Shown here: piece by piece, positions 1 through 6,992 of the stretch | How positions within the stretch are numbered: position 1 is the stretch's first letter | How the letters are laid out: each line of letters opens with the position of its first letter | NCBI GenBank assembly: GCA_965652295.1 | Contig: CBFGTS010000002.1 | Location: 32,001-96,000, forward strand | Direction of reading: 5' to 3' | Source of the DNA: an uncultured Haloferula sp. | GTDB lineage: Bacteria; Verrucomicrobiota; Verrucomicrobiia; Verrucomicrobiales; Akkermansiaceae | DNA: 64,000 bases | Notes under the pieces: model-generated | The model's database searches: none | Seen by the model: the letters and a program-made list of their open reading frames with translations, nothing else | What the model was told of the DNA's origin: nothing | Made by a program: the position numbers and the translations under genes

Positions 1-339
1 CGGACCCAGATCTCCTTCGGCGGGACTTCCGATTGGGAGCCGTGGATCCTGTTCTTCCTCCGCTCGCTACGTTCGCAGATCGAGCGGCTGCGCGAGCGTC
101 TTCCGGATCCCGGTGCACGCCGGGAGGTGCAAGCCTCGGATGAAAAGCTCTCTCCTCTCGCCGAAAGGCTCTTGGCCCTCCTTGAGGAGCGCGAAACCTT
201 GTCGGTAAGCGAGGCGGCCGAAGCCCTGGAGGCGAACCGGAACACGCTGAAGGACAAGTTCGCGGAGCTGGTCGAAAGCGGACATGCCGAACTTCGCGGC
301 AAGGGACGAGGAGCCCACTACCGGCGGGTCGAGGGATAG
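1..339 (+). CDS. Fic-family protein with C-terminal winged HTH (3' part only)
   Basis: Frame 1 is open from base 1: RTQISFGGTSDWEPWILFFLRSLRSQ...LSVSEAAEALEANRNTLKDKFAELVESGHAELRGKGRGAHY*. The DWEPWxxFFL plus wHTH tail is typical of Fic proteins; the catalytic motif would be upstream of the window. Confidence 0.7.
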   Translation, partial: RTQISFGGTSDWEPWILFFLRSLRSQIERLRERLPDPGARREVQASDEKLSPLAERLLALLEERETLSVSEAAEALEANRNTLKDKFAELVESGHAELRGKGRGAHYRRVEG

Positions 340-363
340 CGAACTGCAGACGGATCGAAGGGC

Positions 364-975
364 GTCGCAATCGTCAACCAGAAGGGTGGAGTCGGAAAAT
401 CCACCATCGCCGTCCATCTCACGAAGTGGTTCCGTGAGAGGGGGTTTCAAACCGCGCTCGTCGATGCCGACGTCCAGGGCTCATCGAGTCTGTGGACGCT
501 CGAAGTCGATCAGAAGACTCCGATCTACCGTTACCGCACCGCCGACGACATCCTCGACGAGGTCAAGCTGCTCAAGGAAGAGGTGGTCATCATCGACGGC
601 CCCGCCGGACTCGGGGAGGTGACGCGCGCGATCCTGCTGGTCGCCGATGTGGCCCTGATCCCGTGCGGACCTTCGGTGCTCGACGTGCGCGCCGCAAGCG
701 ATGCCGTCCGCGCCCTGGAACAGGTTCACCGCATCCGCGGCGAGAAGCCGCGAGACGCGTTCATCCCGAACAAGCTCCAGAAGAACTACCGCCTGTCCGA
801 CGAGCTGCTCGTCACCGCCAAGACCCTCGGCTTCGCCGTCACCCCCGGACTCGGACTGCGCCAGTCCTTCGCCGATGCCGCCGGTCAGAAGTCCGTGGTC
901 TGGAACATGAACCGCCAAGCCGAGACCGCCGCCACCGAAATGCGCGGCCTCTTCGAGCACCTGTTCATGAGTTGA
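364..975 (+). pseudogene. parA: ParA-family partition ATPase lacking a canonical start codon (5'-damaged or non-canonically initiated)
   Basis: Frame 1 gives VAIVNQKGGVGKST (deviant Walker A, 382-405), LVDADVQGS and VIIDGPAG. No ATG/GTG/TTG lies between the Fic TAG (337-339) and Walker A. Confidence 0.7.
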
Positions 976-986
976 GGAGCAGCCCG

Positions 987-1280
987 ATGGCGACAAAACC
1001 CAAGCGACACAGCATGACCGAAGCCCTGAAACGGCGCGACGACGTGCAAGCCTTCCTTCAAGAGGGCAGGCCGCAACCCGAGAATACAGCGACCAAGAAC
1101 TCCTCCAAACCTGTCACCCAGACCATGGAGCCGCGCATCGCCGTCACCGTCCGCCTGCCGGAAAGCCTCGCCCACGCACTGATCGACGCCTCCGCCGACC
1201 GCCGGAAGAACCGCCAGAAGTCCTGGAGCCAGCAGGACATCGTAGCCGAGGCGCTGCAGCAACTTTTGGGTGCCGAGTAG
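987..1280 (+). CDS. Small ParG-like partition partner with C-terminal ribbon-helix-helix
   Basis: GAGGAG RBS at 974-979 and ATG at 987. Flexible N-terminus, then RIAVTVRLPESLAHALIDAS...SQQDIVAEALQQLL. Lies directly after parA (type Ib layout). Confidence 0.7.
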   Translation: MATKPKRHSMTEALKRRDDVQAFLQEGRPQPENTATKNSSKPVTQTMEPRIAVTVRLPESLAHALIDASADRRKNRQKSWSQQDIVAEALQQLLGAE

Positions 1281-1351
1281 CTTCCAGCCTCCCGATTCGA
1301 TTTAGGGGCGACGTCGACCCTTCAAGTTTCCAAAATACCCCTTGCTGATTT

Positions 1352-1376
1352 CACCACTTTGGTGCGAAGTGGTGCG
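1352..1376 (+). promoter_or_regulatory. Putative operator of the defence operon
   Basis: Perfect inverted repeat CACCACTT(1352-1359)-N7-AAGTGGTG(1367-1374), plus TGGTGCG twice at 10-bp spacing (1360, 1370), ending 2 nt before the RHH start codon. Confidence 0.6.
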
Positions 1377-1378
1377 TC

Positions 1379-1555
1379 ATGAAAAATCGTCGCGATCCTG
1401 CCCAACGGGAAGCGGTCACCCGGCTCTCCATCAGCATCCCCGCAGTGGACAAGGCGGCGCTTGAGAAAATCGCCTTGGAAAAGAAGGTCAGCCTCGCGTG
1501 GGTGCTTCGGGATGCTGTTTCAAGATACTTGGAGACCGACCCGCCGGAACGCTGA
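1379..1555 (+). CDS. CopG/RHH transcriptional regulator (58 aa) in the mad1 position
   Basis: Translated by hand, below the ORF-track cutoff: MKNRRDPAQREAVTRLSISIPAVDKAALEKIALEKKVSLAWVLRDAVSRYLETDPPER*. Alternating beta strand RLSISI followed by two helices. Confidence 0.8.
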   Translation: MKNRRDPAQREAVTRLSISIPAVDKAALEKIALEKKVSLAWVLRDAVSRYLETDPPER

Positions 1556-1639
1556 ACGTGCCATATTCCTCTCGACCATAGCCCTACAGATGTCCTTCCC
1601 CCCACGCCAACAATCCTCAACGTCTCCCTGAATCATCTC

Positions 1640-3640
1640 ATGCCCAAACAGAAGAAAACCGACCCCGACCGGCTGCTCAAGGCGGGGGAGGTCATGGACA
1701 TCATCACCGAACAGCCGGTGAAAGACACTCCCAAGGAGAAAATCCGGCAGGAGGTGGCCCGCCAGCTGATCTTCGAATACCAGATCGCCCCGGAGTCGAT
1801 GGAGAAGGACTTCAAGGTCAAGGTCGATGGCCGGAGCAAGAAAGTGGACATCGCCATCTTTGAGGCAGGAGAGGAACACATTGAGTCGAATCTGGTCCGG
1901 GTGGTGGTCTGTCGACCTGCCCCGAAGACGAGCAAGAAGGGCGTGGTCAAGATCCGCGACTTCAAGCAGGCGGCTAAAGACCTCGAAGAGCTGAAGCTCT
2001 TCATGCAGTCGGTCGATACCTGCGAGTGGGGCCTGTGGACGAATGGTCTGGAGCGGTTCTTCCTCCGTCGCGAGAAGAAGCGCTTCGAATACAAGTTCCA
2101 TCCTCATGGCGACTGGCCGATGGCCGACGGAACCATGACCACTCCGGACAAGCACCCGGAGATTGTGGGGCGGCCAGGAGAGGAGAGCGGCCTGAGGCGA
2201 GCTTTCCAGCGCTGCCACAACTTCATTCACGGCAACGAAGGCATGCCGAAAGACGCGGCCTTCTGGCAGTTTCTCTACCTGATCTTCGCCAAGATGTGGG
2301 ACGAGAAGCACAACCGAAACGAGAAGCGGCAGTTCTTTGCGGAGGCGACCGAGCCCTTCGATGAAGAGGGCCGCATGAAGATTCGCGCCCGGATCAAGCC
2401 TCTCTTCGAGGCGGTGAAGCGCCAGTATCCGACCTTGTTCCGCCCGAGTGACGAGATCACACTTTCCGACCGGGCTCTCGCCTATATGGTGATGGAGCTG
2501 GCTCGATACAATTTCACCCGTTCTGACGTGGACGCAAAAGGGGCGGCTTATCAGGAGATCGTGGGAGCCAATTTGCGGGGCGACCGGGGCCAGTATTTCA
2601 CCCCTCGCCGTGCCGTGGATCTTGTTGTCCGAATCCTCGATCCCAAACCCAACGAAGTCGCGGTCGACATCGCCTGCGGGACGGGCGGGTTCCTGGTCTC
2701 CACCCTGGCACATCAGCTCAGAAGGTTCAGGGCCGAATACAAGCGGGAGCCCGGTGATACGACCACAGACACCATCCTCGAACGCCTTCAGGACTACGCT
2801 CGGAATTATCTTTTCGGATCCGATTTCGACCCGTTCCTGGTTCGAGCTGCGACCATGAACGTCCTGATGGCGGCCAATGTGGAGGGAAACATCTTCCACA
2901 TGGATTCGCTGGCCTTCCCTAACAGCCACCTTGCCGGAAACGATCCTGCGAAACGGAAGATTCCGTTTGGATCGATCGACGTCCTGATGACCAACCCGCC
3001 GTTTGGCTCCGAAATCCCCATTACCGAACCGGCGATCCTCGACAGCAACCCGCTGGCAATCCGGTGGACCAAAAACAAGCAGGGTGAGTGGGAAGAGCAA
3101 ACCAACCGCCATAATGCAGTGGCCCCCGAGGTCCTCTTCATCTCGCAGGCGGTCAAGTGGCTCAAGGATGGTGGTCGGATGGGAATCGTTCTTCCTAACG
3201 GCATCCTGGGAAATCCAGGCGACGAACCGATTCGCCGATGGATCCTCCGAAATTGCTGGGTGCTTGCCTGCGTGGAGGTTCCGGTCGAGGCGTTCATCGT
3301 GGAGGCAAATGTGGGAATCCTCACAAGTCTGCTCTTCCTCAAGAAGAAGACTGAGGCTGAGATGTTTGCCGAAGCCCAAGGTCACACTAAGGAGTATCCC
3401 ATCTTCATGGCAGTGGCGGAGAAGGCAGGCGTGGACCGCCGTGGCAACACCCTTTACAAGCGCAATCCTGATGGCACCGAGAGGGTCGTCACTCGCGTCG
3501 TGACCGAGAAGGTTAAGATCAATGGCGAAACGATCGTGCGCGACCGCCAGCTCGTGGAGCCTGAGGTCGATGACGACTTTCCGACCATCGGCGATGCCTA
3601 TGAGGAATTCCGCCGCAAAAACCCCGAACCCGGATCATGA
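1640..3640 (+). CDS. mad2: N6-adenine DNA methyltransferase (HsdM-like) with N-terminal HsdR_N-like domain; MADS MAD2
   Basis: GQYFTPR, motif I DIACGTGGF, motif IV TNPPFG, GRMGIVLPNGIL; gene order matches MADS. Confidence 0.9.
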   Translation: MPKQKKTDPDRLLKAGEVMDIITEQPVKDTPKEKIRQEVARQLIFEYQIAPESMEKDFKVKVDGRSKKVDIAIFEAGEEHIESNLVRVVVCRPAPKTSKKGVVKIRDFKQAAKDLEELKLFMQSVDTCEWGLWTNGLERFFLRREKKRFEYKFHPHGDWPMADGTMTTPDKHPEIVGRPGEESGLRRAFQRCHNFIHGNEGMPKDAAFWQFLYLIFAKMWDEKHNRNEKRQFFAEATEPFDEEGRMKIRARIKPLFEAVKRQYPTLFRPSDEITLSDRALAYMVMELARYNFTRSDVDAKGAAYQEIVGANLRGDRGQYFTPRRAVDLVVRILDPKPNEVAVDIACGTGGFLVSTLAHQLRRFRAEYKREPGDTTTDTILERLQDYARNYLFGSDFDPFLVRAATMNVLMAANVEGNIFHMDSLAFPNSHLAGNDPAKRKIPFGSIDVLMTNPPFGSEIPITEPAILDSNPLAIRWTKNKQGEWEEQTNRHNAVAPEVLFISQAVKWLKDGGRMGIVLPNGILGNPGDEPIRRWILRNCWVLACVEVPVEAFIVEANVGILTSLLFLKKKTEAEMFAEAQGHTKEYPIFMAVAEKAGVDRRGNTLYKRNPDGTERVVTRVVTEKVKINGETIVRDRQLVEPEVDDDFPTIGDAYEEFRRKNPEPGS

Positions 3641-4941
3641 TCACGCGAATAGAAGCATACCGCTACAAATGCTTCGAGCGCCTTCGGCTCGATGTGGGTC
3701 GCTATCAAGTTATTGTCGGCCGAAACGGGGCGGGAAAATCCACACTTCTCGATATACCCGGCCTGATCGGCGAAATGCTGGAAGCTCGAGGTATCGAAAA
3801 GCCTTTTTTCGGCACTCGTGAGCGACTGGCACCGCGTGCGGTTGTTGCTGAGGATCTTCTCTTCGGGGGAAAAGGTGACTGGTTTGCTATTGCGATCGAG
3901 GCTGCCATTCCTGACGCGCTCATGACCCAGCTTGAGCGAAAGCGGTTCGAGGAGGCGACGAAGCGTGAACAAGCCCAGCTACAGAAACACCCCGAACGCA
4001 ACTCTGGCGTGGTTCGATACGAACTGGCCTTCCGAGTCGCCGACGGAGCCGTGACGATCTCTCAGGAGCAGTTGTTCCTACTTCCGAGAGACCGGGATCT
4101 CGTAGGGGATACACCGGACGGTCTTTGGGGTGACATCGAATTCCCAAGAAGCTCTCCCGTCCAGCGGGTGATCGGTCGTGGAAGTGATGGCGTCAGCCTG
4201 TTGGAGCCCGAGGTCGGGAAGCGAGGAACGCCACATCGTGCCAATATGCCTATCACGACGCCTGCGCTTTCCGGAGCACCAGTCGATCTGGGGCAGTTCG
4301 GAGTCAGCGACTGGTTACGCAATTATCTTGGACGGGATGTCCTCGCCGTGAACCTCAACCTTCCGGCCATGCGGGATGCCCAGCGTCGCCCGGCTGAGGG
4401 ATTCAAGGTCGCGGCGGACGGGACCACACTCCCATGGTCGGTACTGAATCTCGCAAAGAAAGCGGAGAGCCACGCGGAATGGGTGTCGCACATTTCGAGC
4501 GCTCTTCCGCTGATAGAGAATGTCACGGCTACCACGCAACCCGCCGACAATCGCGCCTACCTCGAAGTTGCCTATCGCACCGGATTTTCCGTCAAGTCCG
4601 TCGGCTTGTCGGACGGCACCTTTTCATTGTTAGCCCTCACCATTCTCCCTTTCCTGGACAACGTTCCCTCATTGGTGGCGGTTGAGGAGCCCGAGAATGG
4701 CATCCACCCCAAAGCGGTTGAAGTGATCCTGGAGTCCCTTCAAGTCATGGAAAGCTCGCAGGCCTGGGTGACCACCCACTCGCCCATCGTGGTCGCCGTA
4801 ACTGAGCCTGCAAATCTCATCTGCCTAACGATGACCAAGACCAACGGCGTGGAGGCCGTGCGAGGTGACCAGCACGATTTGTTGTCCAAATGGCAGGGTA
4901 TTCCCACCCTTGATGTTCTTTTCAGCTCCGGAGTCCTCTAA
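3637..4941 (+). CDS. mad3: ABC/AAA_21-type ATPase; MADS MAD3
   Basis: Walker A GRNGAGKST, signature LSDGT, Walker B/D-loop VAVEEPENGIHP, H-loop VTTHSP; ATGA overlap with mad2. Confidence 0.85.
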   Translation: MITRIEAYRYKCFERLRLDVGRYQVIVGRNGAGKSTLLDIPGLIGEMLEARGIEKPFFGTRERLAPRAVVAEDLLFGGKGDWFAIAIEAAIPDALMTQLERKRFEEATKREQAQLQKHPERNSGVVRYELAFRVADGAVTISQEQLFLLPRDRDLVGDTPDGLWGDIEFPRSSPVQRVIGRGSDGVSLLEPEVGKRGTPHRANMPITTPALSGAPVDLGQFGVSDWLRNYLGRDVLAVNLNLPAMRDAQRRPAEGFKVAADGTTLPWSVLNLAKKAESHAEWVSHISSALPLIENVTATTQPADNRAYLEVAYRTGFSVKSVGLSDGTFSLLALTILPFLDNVPSLVAVEEPENGIHPKAVEVILESLQVMESSQAWVTTHSPIVVAVTEPANLICLTMTKTNGVEAVRGDQHDLLSKWQGIPTLDVLFSSGVL

Positions 4942-5603
4942 TGCGCGACGTCATTTTCCATCTTGCCGATCAACACATGGAAGCAGGCTTCCGGGCCTTT
5001 TTCGCACGTGCCGACTGGCACCACGTGCTTGGCTGTGATCAATTCACAATCGATGCCGACAGCGAGCGGGACATTTACCGCAAAGGAGGCTACACCGATG
5101 GCGGTCTCTGGAAGCACGCCCATACGAACCTCACGCCCTTCAAAGAGGAATACCGTCGCGCGGTGATCGTACTGGATGCCGATTTCGAGCCGCATCCTGG
5201 CTCCGAAACTCTGCAAGCCGACATTTCAAGAAACATGCTCGCCGCCGGCTGGGAAGAGAACTCGTTTTGTGTGGTGGTAATCGACAAAGAACTCGAAGCC
5301 TGGCTATGGGCACCGAATCTGAACGTGGCGAAGGCCTTTGGTCACAACGACTTCGAGCAAATGCGCGCGGCATTAGCCGCTAAGCAGCTCTGGGACGATG
5401 GTGCTCCCAAGCCGAACGACCTCAAGCGAGCGCGCGACTTGGCAGCCAAGCTTGGAGGCAAGAGGACAGGTAGCCCCATCTTTAGGGGGGTCTTCGGTGG
5501 TATTTCGAAACGTGCCTGCGATTTGTGTCAGGAGGAAGGCTTTACCTCTATGCGAGCGGCAATCCGAACATGGTTCCCCAAAACGGAAGGAGGTGCCGCG
5601 TGA
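4941..5603 (+). CDS. mad4: TOPRIM-like protein; MADS MAD4
   Basis: TAATG overlap with mad3. Motifs VIFHLAD, IVLDAD and ELEAWL are typical of TOPRIM-like partners of OLD-type ABC ATPases. Confidence 0.75.
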   Translation: MRDVIFHLADQHMEAGFRAFFARADWHHVLGCDQFTIDADSERDIYRKGGYTDGGLWKHAHTNLTPFKEEYRRAVIVLDADFEPHPGSETLQADISRNMLAAGWEENSFCVVVIDKELEAWLWAPNLNVAKAFGHNDFEQMRAALAAKQLWDDGAPKPNDLKRARDLAAKLGGKRTGSPIFRGVFGGISKRACDLCQEEGFTSMRAAIRTWFPKTEGGAA

Positions 5604-6985
5604 AGGCTTCGACTATCAAGAGCACTTGGCTGCCGAAGGGCGGCTTCCGTCTCGACTGTTCACCCTACCTCGGTGGGGCGATCGAAACGGAGATTCTGTT
5701 GGAAGAATTGCCGGTTCGGAAGGACTCACTCGGCAGCGTTACTAGTGCGATCTTTAACGGCCCGAAGTTTTCCCGGACGTTCGTTGACGATCCGGAGCAC
5801 GGGGTAAGATTCATTGGAGGCAGCGATTTACAAAAAGCGGATCTCGAAGAGCTGCCCTTATTGAGCAGATCGCAGGCCTATGGAAAACAACTCCGTCATC
5901 TAGAGATCAGGGAGGGCATGACGCTTATCACGTGTTCTGGAACTATTGGTAAAATGGCATACGCCCGGCAAGAGCTGGAAGGAATCTGGTCGTCGCAGCA
6001 TATTATGAAAGTTGTTCCGGATCCAGATGTCATTCGATCCGGTTACCTCTACGCGTTCCTGAGCAGTCGTTTCGGCGTTCCACTTGTGGTGGCGGGCACC
6101 TACGGTTCAATCATCCAGTCTATCGAACCTCATCACATTTCCGGTCTGTCTATCCCGAGATTCGGTGATGCAACCGAAGAGAAGATACATCAACTGATTG
6201 AGGATTCAGGCCGACTGCGAAGCCAAGCCAGTGAACTCAAGAAGAAAGCTGTTCGAAGATTCGAGTCAGCATGCGGTATTGGGCCTGCCATGCCGCCCCG
6301 CAGTTATCCTAGGCCGCTGTATGGACGGGCAACTTCACGGATGATGGATGCTAGAATGGACGCTACCTTTTACGTGCCACCCTGCACAGATGCTCGAGAG
6401 GCGTTCGACCACTCTGGAACAAACAGAGCGATTGGTGAGGTTGCTCGGGTATTCATCCCCGGAATCTTCAAGCGCCAATATTCCGAAGACCCCAACTTCG
6501 GCTATCCCTACATCACTGGGGCGGACGTGTTTTGTATTCGACCGCAAAGCAATCAGTTTCTGATGAAAGGAGTTGCTGAGAAATATGACTTGGTGCTCGA
6601 ACGAGGAATGATCCTGATTCACGAGGCGGGTCAGCGTTACGGGCTAATCGGAAGATCCGTCATGGTGGGTGACACCCTTGCTGGTTTTTCTTGCACGAAC
6701 AACATGGTTCGTGTCTTTCCAAAAAATCCTGACGAGGCCGGTTATATTTACACCGTACTGAGTAGTGAATTTGGGATCCGACTGCTCAAACGTGAGGCAG
6801 CTGGATCGTCGATTCCTCACCTTGATGAAGGGCGGGTCAGCCGCTTGAAGATTCCTTGGCCTAGCTCCGCAATCCGGAATGAGATCTCAGGGGTCATGCA
6901 TCAGGCCCGCTCGAATTGGGATTTAGCGGATAAGAGTGAGGAGGCCGCTCTCGAGCTTCTTTCGAACGCCATTCTAAATCACTGA
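5600..6985 (+). CDS. mad5: Type I-like specificity subunit (HsdS, two TRDs); MADS MAD5
   Basis: GTG start overlapping the mad4 stop (GTGA), with GGAGG upstream. Two-fold repeat: RLDCSPYL/RMDATFYV and YLYAFLSSRFG..GSIIQSIE..LSIP / YIYTVLSSEFG..GSSIPHLD..LKIP. Confidence 0.85.
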   Translation: MKASTIKSTWLPKGGFRLDCSPYLGGAIETEILLEELPVRKDSLGSVTSAIFNGPKFSRTFVDDPEHGVRFIGGSDLQKADLEELPLLSRSQAYGKQLRHLEIREGMTLITCSGTIGKMAYARQELEGIWSSQHIMKVVPDPDVIRSGYLYAFLSSRFGVPLVVAGTYGSIIQSIEPHHISGLSIPRFGDATEEKIHQLIEDSGRLRSQASELKKKAVRRFESACGIGPAMPPRSYPRPLYGRATSRMMDARMDATFYVPPCTDAREAFDHSGTNRAIGEVARVFIPGIFKRQYSEDPNFGYPYITGADVFCIRPQSNQFLMKGVAEKYDLVLERGMILIHEAGQRYGLIGRSVMVGDTLAGFSCTNNMVRVFPKNPDEAGYIYTVLSSEFGIRLLKREAAGSSIPHLDEGRVSRLKIPWPSSAIRNEISGVMHQARSNWDLADKSEEAALELLSNAILNH

Positions 6986-6992
6986 CTTTCCC

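Noticed and set aside
492..986. 5' extension of the 492..1280 ORF
   Set aside because: Arg-rich off-frame overlap with parA; the real start is ATG 987, which has an RBS.
1520..3385. 621-aa minus-strand ORF
   Set aside because: Antisense shadow of mad2 with no recognisable motifs; expected from GC-rich codon bias.
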